A DNA stretch of 64,000 nt from contig CAVVTZ010000014.1 of the NCBI GenBank assembly GCA_963751275.1, positions 1 through 64,000 on the forward strand. The letters run 5' to 3'. A program made the translations under genes and the position numbers. Positions 21,550 through 34,522 of this stretch are shown piece by piece; the stretch's first letter is position 1, and every line of letters starts with the position of its first letter. The stretch is from an uncultured Gemmatimonadaceae bacterium (GTDB lineage: Bacteria; Gemmatimonadota; Gemmatimonadetes; Gemmatimonadales; Gemmatimonadaceae). Under the pieces are notes generated by a model. That model did not search any database. It had not been told where the DNA came from and worked only from the letters and a program-made list of their open reading frames with translations.

Positions 21550-21837
21550 TTAACCCTCGAATACCGCGATCGATTCGCCCGCGCGGAGCTTCACGATCGC
21601 CTTCTTCCAATGAGTGCGGCGGCCGGCCGACTTGCCCATGCGCTTGGCCTTCCCCCGCTGGTTCGATGTCCACACGCCGGTCACGTGCACGCCGAAGAGC
21701 TGCTCGATCGCGCGGCGGATATCGCCCTTGTTCGCCTGCGGATGCGTCCGGAACGTGTATTCGCCGCGCGCCTGGTACGCCTCGGAGGTCTTCTCCGTGA
21801 CGACCGGCTTCACGATGATCTCATGCAGAGTCGGCAT
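21550..21837 (-). CDS. rplW: 50S ribosomal protein L23
   Basis: [31 protein letters not shown]. Confidence 0.97.
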   Translation of the reverse strand: MPTLHEIIVKPVVTEKTSEAYQARGEYTFRTHPQANKGDIRRAIEQLFGVHVTGVWTSNQRGKAKRMGKSAGRRTHWKKAIVKLRAGESIAVFEG

Positions 21838-21838
21838 G

Positions 21839-22675
21839 TTACTTCCCCTTCTTCTTCTTGGGCTTGGCCTGCGCCTTGGCGGCCTTCTTCGCCGCCGGCT
21901 TCTTTGACGCCTTCTTCGCCTTCGGAGCGGCCGACTTCACCGCCTTCTTCTCGGGCGCCGCCTTCTTCTCCGCCTTCGCGGACTTCGGCGCCTTCTTCGC
22001 CGCCGACGCCTTCTTGGACGGCGCATGCTCCGTGTCGGCCACCGGCGCGAGCGTGTGCCCGATCGCCGGCGCCTCGATCATCACCACGTCGCTCCACATC
22101 ACGTGATAGGCCGAGACGTCCGAGTACGGCAGCACCATCACCTTCGGCAGGTTACGGCCCGAGAGGTACACGTTCTCGTTCACGCCATCCGTCAGCACGA
22201 GCACCTTGCGGTCGGTCATCTCGAGGCGCGCGAGCATGTGCGCCATGCGCGACGTCTGCGGCCGCTCGTACGAGAAGCGGTCCACGACGATCACCGCGCC
22301 TTCCCGCGCGCGCGCGTTGAACGCGCTCTTGCGAGCGAGCGCGCGCACCTGGCGCGGCACGTACTGCGCGTAGCTGCGCGGGATCGGCCCGAACACCGTG
22401 CCGCCGCCCACCCAGTTCGGCGCGCGGATCGAGCCCTGCCGGGCGCGCCCCGTGCCCTTCTGCTTCCACGGCTTCTGGTTGCCGCCCTCGACGAGACCGC
22501 GCGTCTTGGTCTTCGCGTTCCCCTGCCGCTGGTTCGCCAGGAACGCCTTCACCGCCTGGTGCAGCACCGGCATGTTCACCGTGCCGTCGAACGTCTCTTC
22601 CGGCAGCGCGACTTGTTCGCGCGCGGTGCCGTTGGACGTGAACGCCGAAGCGTGGATCGTGTTCGTGTCAGCCAT
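21839..22675 (-). CDS. rplD: 50S ribosomal protein L4 with Lys/Ala-rich C-terminal tail
   Basis: KPWKQKGTGRARQGSIRAP, GGGTVFGP. Confidence 0.97.
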   Translation of the reverse strand: MADTNTIHASAFTSNGTAREQVALPEETFDGTVNMPVLHQAVKAFLANQRQGNAKTKTRGLVEGGNQKPWKQKGTGRARQGSIRAPNWVGGGTVFGPIPRSYAQYVPRQVRALARKSAFNARAREGAVIVVDRFSYERPQTSRMAHMLARLEMTDRKVLVLTDGVNENVYLSGRNLPKVMVLPYSDVSAYHVMWSDVVMIEAPAIGHTLAPVADTEHAPSKKASAAKKAPKSAKAEKKAAPEKKAVKSAAPKAKKASKKPAAKKAAKAQAKPKKKKGK

Positions 22676-22680
22676 GGTCG

Positions 22681-23364
22681 TTAACTCTGCTTGCGGACGA
22701 GGAGCAGTCCCGTCTTGGGACCGGCCACCGCACCGCGGACATAGATCAGGTTGCGCTCGAGATCGATCTTCTCGACACGGAGATCGGTCTGCGTCGCACG
22801 CTCGGCACCGAAGTGGCCGGGCATCTTCTTCCCCTTGATGACACGCGACGGGTCGGTGCCGGGTCCGATCGAACCGGGACGGCGGTGCTTCGTGTTGCCG
22901 TGCGTGTTCGGACCGCCGCCGAAGTTCCAGCGCTTCACCACGCCCTGGAAGCCGCGGCCCTTCGTGGTGCCGGTGACCTTCACGCGCTCGCCGACCTTGA
23001 AGATGTCGACCTTGATCACGTCGCCCACGTTGTACGCCGGGATCTCGGGGTTCTTGCCCGGCGCATCATCGAGCCGGAAGCTGCGCAGCACGGCGGGCGG
23101 CACATCGAGCCCCGCCTTCTTGGCGTGGCCGACCTGCGCCTCGTGCGCGCGGCGTCCCTTGGGCGTCTTCTCCTTCGCCTTGGACTCGCGCTTCATGACC
23201 TGCTTGCCGAGTCCGAGCTGGACGGCGGCGTAACCCATCTTCGCCTTGTCGAGCACCTGCACGACGGGGTTCGGCTCGGCCTCGATGACCGTGCACGGGA
23301 TCTGCTGCCCCGCTTCGTTGAAGATCTGGGTCATGCCCAACTTCTTTCCAATGATGCCGATCAT
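22681..23364 (-). CDS. rplC: 50S ribosomal protein L3
   Basis: [34 protein letters not shown]. Confidence 0.97.
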   Translation of the reverse strand: MIGIIGKKLGMTQIFNEAGQQIPCTVIEAEPNPVVQVLDKAKMGYAAVQLGLGKQVMKRESKAKEKTPKGRRAHEAQVGHAKKAGLDVPPAVLRSFRLDDAPGKNPEIPAYNVGDVIKVDIFKVGERVKVTGTTKGRGFQGVVKRWNFGGGPNTHGNTKHRRPGSIGPGTDPSRVIKGKKMPGHFGAERATQTDLRVEKIDLERNLIYVRGAVAGPKTGLLLVRKQS

Positions 23365-23464
23365 CACGTGCCTCGCTGAGTCGCAGGCGCCGGCTTGACC
23401 CGAGCGCGCTGTTGGACCATGGGGATCATCCGGGGCGCCCAATGCGCCGCGGATCGTTCCCGAG

Positions 23465-23770
23465 CTATTCGACCTTGATCTCGACGTCCACGCCGGCCGG
23501 AAGATCCAGCTTGGTGAGCGCGTCCATTGTCTGCGCGCGCGAATCGAGGATGTCGATCACGCGCTTGTGCGTCTTGAGCTGGAACTGTTCCCGCGACTTC
23601 TTGTCGACGTGCGGCGAGCGGAGCACCGTCCACCGCTGCGTCTTGGTCGGCAGCGGGATCGGACCGGACACCTGCGCGCCGCTCTTCTCCGCGGTGCGAA
23701 CGATGTCGGCGCTGGCCTGATCGATGACGGCATGGTCGAAGGCTTTGAGACGGATCCGGATTCTTGCCAT
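23465..23770 (-). CDS. rpsJ: 30S ribosomal protein S10
   Basis: [30 protein letters not shown]. Confidence 0.98.
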   Translation of the reverse strand: MARIRIRLKAFDHAVIDQASADIVRTAEKSGAQVSGPIPLPTKTQRWTVLRSPHVDKKSREQFQLKTHKRVIDILDSRAQTMDALTKLDLPAGVDVEIKVE

Positions 23771-23796
23771 TTGACTGACTCTCAGATTGAGAAGGT

Positions 23797-23850
23797 TCGG
23801 GAGTCGGGAATCGGGAAATCGACGGCGATTCCCGACTCCCGATTCCCGAG
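23797..23850. repeat. (GGGAGTC)n heptamer palindrome, copy 3
   Basis: TCGGGAGTCGGGAATCGGGAAATCG...CGATTCCCGACTCCCGATTCCCGAG. Confidence 0.88.
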
Positions 23851-23854
23851 TACG

Positions 23855-25048
<1,194 letters not shown>

Positions 25049-25081
25049 TGATCCCTAGTAAGTGAAAGTCCCTTGTCTTCT

Positions 25082-25134
25082 TCGGGAGTCGGGAGTCGGG
25101 AGTCGCCTGCGACTCCCGATTCCCGAATCCCGAG
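25082..25134. repeat. (GGGAGTC)n heptamer palindrome, copy 4
   Basis: TCGGGAGTCGGGAGTCGGGAGTCGC-CT-GCGACTCCCGATTCCCGAATCCCGA. Confidence 0.88.
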
Positions 25135-25138
25135 TTCT

Positions 25139-27236
<2,098 letters not shown>

Positions 27237-27452
27237 AGACTCAGTTCGCCGCGAGGCGAGGTGTAGTGCCAATCAATAAAAAATCGGCTGGACCGGGCGC
27301 TCCGTGAGGAGCCGGTATCCATCCGCTGCCGTCCGGGTGCGCTCGCCACTGCTGCGCGAACGGGGACCCAAGGGCGCGTCGCGGCACGATGCCGCGGCGA
27401 TCAGTTGTCCGAACCGGGTAAAACGATTGCAATGGTTCGGGTTAGCCTGAGA

Positions 27453-27480
27453 AAAGTACTCCGAATTCGTCCCGTGTCAA
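27453..27480 (-). promoter_or_regulatory. Candidate sigma70 promoter for fusA-tuf-S10-spc
   Basis: Minus strand TTGACA (27480-27475), 16 nt spacer, TACTTT (27458-27453), about 215 nt upstream of fusA. Confidence 0.55.
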
Positions 27481-27503
27481 CCCTGCTCGCGACGGCTTAA
27501 GTG

Positions 27504-27633
27504 CCGGGAGCCGATTGCCGGGAACCGGTGTGGCATGACAACGCATGGCCTTACGACTACGACAGCGCGCGATGTCGTAGTGGTAACACCATGCGTTGTC
27601 ATGCCACACCGGTTCCCGGCAATCGGTTCCCGG
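27504..27633. repeat. ~130 bp near-perfect palindrome P1 (modules CCGGGAACCGATTGCCGGG and GGCATGACAAC)
   Basis: 45 nt arms differ at one position, plus an inner ACTACGACA/TGTCGTAGT stem; related to 46578-46687 and 54808-54929. Confidence 0.9.
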
Positions 27634-27642
27634 TCGTTTCAG

Positions 27643-28347
27643 TCAGTCCTTCTCGGCCCGCTTCCGCTCTCCTTCCTGCGCCAGGTGCAGCGAGAGCAGC
27701 CGACCGATGAGCAGCACGATGTACATCTGCCCCGTGATCGCTTCCGCATTGGCGAGCGACCGCGCGATGGGGTTCACCGGCACGATGTCGCCGTAGCCCG
27801 CCGTCGTCAGGGTCGAGAAACTGAAATAGAGCAGCTCGGCCGTGTACTTCACGCTGTTCACGTCGTGCGCCGCGACGGAGAGCGCACCTGGCGCCGCGAT
27901 CGACACCACGCGGTAGGCCTCCTCCCAGATCACACCGATCAGCAGATAGACCGCGATCGCGCCCTTGAGGCGCGCGGAGGTGACGGGTCCCTCGGCCAGC
28001 ACGCGTCCGAGCAGAACCGCGGCGAAGACCGCGACCATGCCGAGCCGCAGGCCGCCACTGACCATCTTGAACAGTGGCTCCTTGTAGAACAACTCGATCC
28101 AGAGCATGATCAGCGGCACCATTGCCGCGGCCAGGATCAAGCGCCGCGAGCGCTTCTCCGACCATGCGGAGAGCACCACGCTGATGATGACCAGCGAGAA
28201 GAACCCGGTGAGCGTCTCGTGCTCCCAGCCGGGCAGCGGTCCCAGCGCCAGCGTGGGGATCACCCCGAAGACCGTGATGCACAGCAGCCAGAGCAGGACG
28301 TTCAGGCTCCGGTCGCTGGTCCAGAAGGCGCGAACGCGATTTTCCAT
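27643..28347 (-). CDS. Potassium channel family protein (Ion_trans_2-type pore)
   Basis: Several TM helices; LLYFSFSTLTTAGYGDIVP pore and filter; EAITGQMY. Confidence 0.88.
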   Translation of the reverse strand: MENRVRAFWTSDRSLNVLLWLLCITVFGVIPTLALGPLPGWEHETLTGFFSLVIISVVLSAWSEKRSRRLILAAAMVPLIMLWIELFYKEPLFKMVSGGLRLGMVAVFAAVLLGRVLAEGPVTSARLKGAIAVYLLIGVIWEEAYRVVSIAAPGALSVAAHDVNSVKYTAELLYFSFSTLTTAGYGDIVPVNPIARSLANAEAITGQMYIVLLIGRLLSLHLAQEGERKRAEKD

Positions 28348-28383
28348 GGCGACTACCCTACGGCGCGGCGCCGAGCGCCGCAA

Positions 28384-29166
28384 CTAGTCGGGATGCCTTG
28401 CCGTGGAACACCCGCGGGCGCAGAAGAACGGCGGAGTGAACAGCATCATCCCGATCTCGAACTTCGCGCCGTCCGTGCCGCCTTGGAACTCCTGGCCGTA
28501 GGTGATCGCGAAGGTCGCGTACTGGTTCGGCTCCCAGCGCACGCCGGCCTTGTACTCGGGAATCGCCCCCGTCTGACCCACCGCGCCGAATACCTCGCCC
28601 ACCATCGCCAGCGAGGAACTCCAGGGATACCAGGCCAGCCGCGTGGAGTATGTGAACGCCCAGCCGGGTTCCTCCTGGTTGGCGGAACTCAGCGTGTAGC
28701 TCACGCCGGGCATCAGGTCCCACGAGACCTTGTTCTTGAACAACGGGATGGTGATCGGCGTGTTCATCCAGTACGTCTTGAACGCGTCCTCGAGGCCGAC
28801 GTTGTTCGGCAGCAGCCCGGGCTCGAGCCCGGTGCCACCCTTCACCGCTACGCCACCGGTCTTCGCCTTGTTCTCGTACAGCATCCACTTGGCGTAGTAC
28901 GACGTGGAGTATCCCTCCAGCGTCGCCGGATTCTTGTCGTTGTTGAAGACGTACACGGCCGCGGTGAACTCCCAATTCGGGACGAGCGAGAACGTCGTCA
29001 TCAACATGTCGTTGCGCTGACCGAACGTCACGATGATGGTCGCCACGCCGGCGGGCTTGGAGAGGTAGTTGTCGGAGTTGAACTGCTGCGCGCGGGCTGC
29101 TCCCCCAATGAGGAGGAGCAGCCCGGCCACTGCGCCGGCCTGGATATTGATCCGCATGCGCGTCAT
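28384..29166 (-). CDS. Exported hypothetical protein, probable outer-membrane beta-barrel
   Basis: Signal peptide ending AARA-QQF; aromatic-rich alternating strands (YSTRLAWY, YKAGVRW, FAITYG). Confidence 0.6.
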   Translation of the reverse strand: MTRMRINIQAGAVAGLLLLIGGAARAQQFNSDNYLSKPAGVATIIVTFGQRNDMLMTTFSLVPNWEFTAAVYVFNNDKNPATLEGYSTSYYAKWMLYENKAKTGGVAVKGGTGLEPGLLPNNVGLEDAFKTYWMNTPITIPLFKNKVSWDLMPGVSYTLSSANQEEPGWAFTYSTRLAWYPWSSSLAMVGEVFGAVGQTGAIPEYKAGVRWEPNQYATFAITYGQEFQGGTDGAKFEIGMMLFTPPFFCARGCSTARHPD

Positions 29167-29176
29167 GGACTGGATC

Positions 29177-30541
29177 TCAGAGGAGGATGTCGGTCCCAAT
29201 TGAAACGGTGTTCCCGCTCTGCCCCGCGGTGTAGTAGCCGAAATTCGAGCCGGTGGGGCTCTTCTCCACGTGGATCACGTGCAGGTTGAGCCGCCAGCTC
29301 CGGACCTTCATGGGATACACGCTGACGCCCGGCGACACCTCCCACGGGTAACGCTTGAACTGGTCCCAGATGTAGCCGCCCGATACATACGCCAGCAGGA
29401 CGTCCTTCACCAGCATGTACCCCACCTGCGCCTGCGCGCCGCGGTCGGTGATCGACGTGAGCGGCAACGGTCCATCGGCCCGGAAGTTCGAGAGGGTGCG
29501 CTGGTAGACTTCGGCCTGGAACGCCCAGCCGCGGTACTTCGCCCCCGCGTCGATGGCGAACTCGTTGTATTGGAGATAATTCACCGTCACCCCGGGAGCG
29601 AGCGCGCCGAGCTGGAACGCGTACAGGCCATCGGACAGCCGGAGCTGCGTCTCGTTCGGGTTCGACTGGGTGAGCGGCGCCGCGCGATACTCACTCGGCG
29701 CGTACGCATACGACGCGCCGAACCGGGTGGCCAGCTTCCCATGCTCTTCGAGGTCGCCGAATCCGCCGCGCGGACCGAACTCTCCGGTCGAGGGCATCCA
29801 CATGACGCTCGCGCTCGTGGCCATCGAGCGCGAATCGTTGGACGCCGTGACGCCGAGCTGGCTCAGGTTCGTGTTCACCGAGGCCGTGTACCAGAAGCGA
29901 TCCATCGGCTCGCCGGTGATGAAGAACCCGGAGGAGAATCCCGCCCGCATGAACTCCTCCGTCATCTGCCGATCGCTCCCCGCCCAGAAGGGCCAGGAGC
30001 CCTGCATGGAACGCACCGTGAGGTTCGGGGCCATCCCGGCGCCGAGCGTCACGAAACGGTTGAACCGGTACTGCAGATTGCCGAATACCAGCGTCTGTTG
30101 CGTCGCTCCCAAGCTCCACACCGTCATGTTGTATCGGAAATTGGGTGTTCCGAAGAATCCGGTGAACCACACCATCGACCGCTGCCAGTACATGTCGTTG
30201 CGGGCGGCAACAGTCTGCTCGCGGCCGAGGTGGTCGGTGTAGGTCTGGTCGCCGGGCGTTTGGTCGAGCCAGCGGAACAGGCCGTACACGCTGATGTTCA
30301 GGCTGCCCTTCTTCGCCGTGAAGATCTGCCATCCCTTCGCCGGCGTGAACTCGCCGGCGGTGGTGTTCGCCATGGGGTGGATCACGGCCGAATCTGCGGC
30401 GCGCGTGTCCTCGGCCGTGTCCGCGGGGTTCTCCATGGGGGTCGCATCCTGCGCGGCGACGTGCAACGCCGAGAGCGCGAGGGTGAAAACGGCAATCAGG
30501 ACCGGCGCGTGAAGCGCCAAACGAACGAACCGTCGAAGCAT
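29177..30541 (-). CDS. Exported porin-like beta-barrel protein, paralog of 30590-32105
   Basis: Signal peptide; GEFGPRGGFGDLEEH, QLRLSDG, IDAGAKYRG. Confidence 0.7.
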   Translation of the reverse strand: MLRRFVRLALHAPVLIAVFTLALSALHVAAQDATPMENPADTAEDTRAADSAVIHPMANTTAGEFTPAKGWQIFTAKKGSLNISVYGLFRWLDQTPGDQTYTDHLGREQTVAARNDMYWQRSMVWFTGFFGTPNFRYNMTVWSLGATQQTLVFGNLQYRFNRFVTLGAGMAPNLTVRSMQGSWPFWAGSDRQMTEEFMRAGFSSGFFITGEPMDRFWYTASVNTNLSQLGVTASNDSRSMATSASVMWMPSTGEFGPRGGFGDLEEHGKLATRFGASYAYAPSEYRAAPLTQSNPNETQLRLSDGLYAFQLGALAPGVTVNYLQYNEFAIDAGAKYRGWAFQAEVYQRTLSNFRADGPLPLTSITDRGAQAQVGYMLVKDVLLAYVSGGYIWDQFKRYPWEVSPGVSVYPMKVRSWRLNLHVIHVEKSPTGSNFGYYTAGQSGNTVSIGTDILL

Positions 30542-30589
30542 GGTGGCGACTCCGGGCGAAGGGTTCTAGCTCTGCGTCGTACGAGTCCG

Positions 30590-32105
30590 TCAGAAATAGA
30601 TCATAAGGCTGGTGTAGAAGACGGGCCCATTTCCTCCCACGGGGTACGGAAGCGAAAGTGCACCCACGGGGGACTTGTTCAGCAGCAGATACTCGGCGTT
30701 CCACTTGATCACTTGGCTCCGGGCCGGGAACCAGTTCACGCCGACGCGGAAGTCGGACGGGTTGCCGTACTGTCCGTAGATCTTCGAGCCCGACACGTAC
30801 GCCTGAAGGACGTGCTGGATCGGCATGGCGGACGCCTGCAACTGGAAGCCATGGTCGTACAGCGAGGCGAGTCCGGCCGTGTTCGGACCCCGGAAATCGT
30901 CCACCCAGCGGATGTAGGTCTCGCCCTCCAGGTCGAGGCCATGGTACTTGAGCCCCGCGTCGAAGCTGGTCATCTGATAGCGCGCGTCCTGCACCCAGAT
31001 CCCCGGGCCGAAGAGATCCGGCGAGAAGATGATGCCGCCGTTCGAGAGCCGGATCTGGACGTTGTCGAAACTGTTGTTGTTCGGCTGGCCCTGGTAGTTC
31101 TCCAGGCTGTAGGTGTAGTGCGCTCCGATCCGGGTCGCGAGCTTCTGATGATCCTCGAAGTCGCCGTAGTCGCCGCGCGGCCCGAACTCCTTCGTGGTGG
31201 GCATCCAGACGACGGACCCGGCGAAGGTATTCAGCCCGCCGGCGAGTTGTCCGGCGTCAATGTTGATCTGGCTCAGATTGTTCCCCAGCATCGCGGCGTA
31301 GACCACCCCATCCACGATCGTCCCGCGCGCGAAGATGCCGGTCGTGTAGGAGGGCCGGAAGAATTCATCCGCGATCAGGCGATTGTCCACACCGAGCCAG
31401 AGCGGGAACTGTCCCTCGGTGCTGCGCACTCCGGGAAGTCCCATGACACCCGCTCCGAGCATGACGTGCGGGTTGAAGGTGTAGGTCAGATTGCCGGCCA
31501 CCACCACACTGCCCGTCAGGCCGAGACTCACGTTCTGGGTCCACACGTAGAACAGGTAGCGGAACTTCGGGTCCGCGAGCCATCCCAGGAAATAGATGAC
31601 GACCTTGTTGAGCTGCATGTCCTGGCGCTGCTGCACGGGCGTCGTGTTGCCGAAGGCATCGATATACGTCGGATCCAACCCGGTCGCGTTCAGGTAGCGG
31701 ACATAGGCGAAGAGCGAGATGTTGAGATCGCCCTGGTCCGTGTTGACCACCTTGTAGCCAAGGAAGGGCGTCCACGTGCCGTACGTCTTGCTCGGCGATT
31801 TCATGAGCGCGAACGCGCCACTGCACCCGTCCGCGACCCAGATGCTCTTCTGGTCGAAGCCCCAGGTGGTTCCGAGCACGCACGCCACGGCGCCATAGTC
31901 CCGCATCAGCGTCACGCCGCCCTGGGTATCGGCGGCGCACGTCTGCCGCTCGCCGGCCTTCGACGCGCACACCACATTGGGCGGCTTCGGCGCGCTCGCC
32001 GTGGAATCCTGCGCCACCACATCACGTGGAACGGTGACGACTGCGAAGACCGCGATGGCCGCCGCGATCGCGAGGCGCAGAGGAACGGACGATAAGGTGC
32101 ACCAT
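30590..32105 (-). CDS. DUF3011-like Cys domain fused to a porin-like beta-barrel; probable frameshift in the first codons
   Basis: VVCASKAGERQTC...CVLGTTWGFDQKSIWVADGCSGAF; KEFGPRGDYGDFEDH; C-terminal Phe; GGAGG upstream of ATG 32105 with the hydrophobic signal in the adjacent frame. Confidence 0.68.
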
Positions 32106-32196
32106 CACTGCGCCTCCATAGGGGGATCGAGAACGTGGGCCGAACGGCTCCGCGCCGGGAGAGGGCCACTGGGCCCTTCCCGGCGGGAGCGTGGTG

Positions 32197-33258
32197 CTAC
32201 TTGTTGGGTCCCGTCTGCGCGTACGGATTGCCGTTCAGCGCGTTCGAGATATCCGCGATCGCGAGCTGCGCGCGGACGCTGTTGCCGGCGGCATCCACCG
32301 GCGGTGAGATCACGGCGATACCGAACTTGCCCGGCGAGACGGCAATGAGCCCGCCGCCCACACCGCTCTTCGCCGGCAGGCCGGTCTTGAAGAGCCACTT
32401 GCCCGCGTCGTCGTACAGGCCGGCGGTGGCCATCACCGCGAGGATCTCGGGGACGTTGGCCGCCTTCATCACGCGCTTCTTCGTCACCGGATTCATGCCG
32501 CCGAAGGCCAGCGTGCCCGCCATCGTCGCCAGGTCCTTCGCATTCACCCCCACCGAGCACTGCCTGGTGTAGATGTCCACGGCCTGGAGCGGATCGGCCT
32601 TGATGTAACCGTACGCGAACATCAGCATGCCGATCGCCTGGTTGCGCTGGTTCGTCTCGGCTTCGGACTTGTACACGTCCTCGAGCACGGTGAGCTTGCG
32701 GCCGGCGGCCGCATCGTAGTATGCGGCGATATTGCCCCAGATCTCATCCTTGGTCTTGCCCTGCACCATGCTGGTGGCCGTGATCGCGCCCGGGTTGACG
32801 AGCGCATTCATTTCCGCGGCGTTCGCGAGCTTGGATCCGCCGAGTCCCTTGAACGAATACTCGATCGACACGATCGAATTGAAGCGCAGGCCGGTCGCGT
32901 CCGCGCCGATGTCGTTCAGGATGACGTTCGGATTCTGCTCTTCCATCACCAGCGCCATCGTGTAGACCTTCGAGATCGACTGGATCGACACTTCGGTGGT
33001 CAGGTCGCCGGCCGTGTACAGCTTGCCGTCGGCCGTCACGACCGCGATGCCGAACACCTTCGGATCCACTTTGGCGAGCGCCGGGATGTAGTCGGCGACC
33101 GCGCCGTCATTGTTGCCCTTGTACTTGTTGTACGCGGCGTCCACCGCCGCCTGGATCTGCGCGGGCGTCTGCGCGACCGCCGGGACCGCGATCACCGCGC
33201 TCAGGGCGAGCGTGAGCGCGAGGGTCGCGCGGGCGGCCGTGTTCAGGGTGCGAGTCAT
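32197..33258 (-). CDS. glsA: Glutaminase A with Sec-type signal peptide
   Basis: GAVADYIPALAKVDP, SIQSISK (SxxK), NALVNPGAI, YTRQCS, GLYD, PAKSGVGGG; N-terminus TLALTLALSAVIAVPAVA-Q. Confidence 0.93.
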   Translation of the reverse strand: MTRTLNTAARATLALTLALSAVIAVPAVAQTPAQIQAAVDAAYNKYKGNNDGAVADYIPALAKVDPKVFGIAVVTADGKLYTAGDLTTEVSIQSISKVYTMALVMEEQNPNVILNDIGADATGLRFNSIVSIEYSFKGLGGSKLANAAEMNALVNPGAITATSMVQGKTKDEIWGNIAAYYDAAAGRKLTVLEDVYKSEAETNQRNQAIGMLMFAYGYIKADPLQAVDIYTRQCSVGVNAKDLATMAGTLAFGGMNPVTKKRVMKAANVPEILAVMATAGLYDDAGKWLFKTGLPAKSGVGGGLIAVSPGKFGIAVISPPVDAAGNSVRAQLAIADISNALNGNPYAQTGPNK

Positions 33259-34499
33259 TTCGTACCTCCAATGGTCTGACTGTACGCGTACTTGAATGAG
33301 ACGGCGATCCGGTTGTCGTTGTAGCTCCAGCCATCGGAATTGTTCTTCCGCTGGCCGAACGTGTACTCGAGCGCAGCGTACACGTTCTTCACCGGGTTGT
33401 ACACGATGTTGACGGCTCCGTACGCTCCCGAATGGAACGCATCCGGGGCCTGGCCATCGCTGTTGGTGACGACGAGCGTGGAGTAGCCGATGGAGCTCAT
33501 CCACTGGTCGTTCCACGCATGGTCGAGGAACGCCACCATGCTCCACATCGGCAGCGGCACGCCGAGCACGGGCTGGTAGGAGTTGGAGAAATTGTTCTGG
33601 ATCCCGATGTCCACCGGCGCATCGTTCATATAGTTCTGGATCCCCTTCCCGTACACACCCTGCAGGCGTACGACGTCATTGCCCTTGTCGAACTTGATGT
33701 TGGAGCTGGCGGTGAGTCCCCAACCCACGGCGGAGCCGGAGAGGTTGAGCGAAGGCGTGGCATTCTCGTCGATCCACTGCACCTTGCGCACCACGCCGCC
33801 GAACTGCAGGTAGCCCCACGATTGTGCCGAGCGGTACTGCGCCGTCAGATCCGGCAGTGGGAACTTCGTCACGACGCCGGAGAGCTCCACACGGTCGGCG
33901 TATATCCCCTGGTCGGCGCTCGCGCCGGGATTCTCCAGCGCGATGTTCAGGAACGACGGCCCCTGGATGGCCATGTAGCGCACCTGGATGTTCCGGTAGA
34001 AGATCATGCCGTCCGGTCCCCAGTACTCGAAGGTGTTGGGGAAGACATCGATGTCCATGAAGGTGCTGTTCATCTGTCCCGCGCCGATCTTGCCGAGCTG
34101 CGCCCACGCCTTGCGGAGTCGGATCGTCGTCTGGCCGGCATCGGCACCGACGCCGAACATGTCGAACTCGAACACGGTCCAGAGTTCGCCCATCTTCGTC
34201 GGCGCCCACGCCTGCACGCCGAACCGCGTCTGGCGGACGCTCGCGAAGAACTGGCCGTCCGGCTGGAATTCACTCGCCGACGACGGCAGCTTGCTCGGCC
34301 GCACCACATCGTACCATTGAGGGTTGATGCGCCCGATCTGGTCGCCCATGTCGAGCTGGACGAAGCCGTAGATGTCGAGGTGCGCCGGGGCGCTGTCCGG
34401 CGCGGCCTGCGCGCGGGCGCCCCCGGCCACGATCGCGCCGAGCAGCAGCGCCATACTGAGACTGACGTAACGTGATACTCGCATACTGATTGCCCTCAT
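33255..34499 (-). CDS. DcaP-family outer-membrane channel; start may be 34484
   Basis: LDIYGFVQLD, SVRQTRFG, FEFDMFG, IRLRKAWAQLG, GAGQMNSTFMD, EYWGP, LPDLT; ATGA overlap with glsA. Confidence 0.8.
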   Translation of the reverse strand: MRAISMRVSRYVSLSMALLLGAIVAGGARAQAAPDSAPAHLDIYGFVQLDMGDQIGRINPQWYDVVRPSKLPSSASEFQPDGQFFASVRQTRFGVQAWAPTKMGELWTVFEFDMFGVGADAGQTTIRLRKAWAQLGKIGAGQMNSTFMDIDVFPNTFEYWGPDGMIFYRNIQVRYMAIQGPSFLNIALENPGASADQGIYADRVELSGVVTKFPLPDLTAQYRSAQSWGYLQFGGVVRKVQWIDENATPSLNLSGSAVGWGLTASSNIKFDKGNDVVRLQGVYGKGIQNYMNDAPVDIGIQNNFSNSYQPVLGVPLPMWSMVAFLDHAWNDQWMSSIGYSTLVVTNSDGQAPDAFHSGAYGAVNIVYNPVKNVYAALEYTFGQRKNNSDGWSYNDNRIAVSFKYAYSQTIGGTK

Positions 34500-34522
34500 C
34501 GGAAGAATGGAATCGCGGCGGT

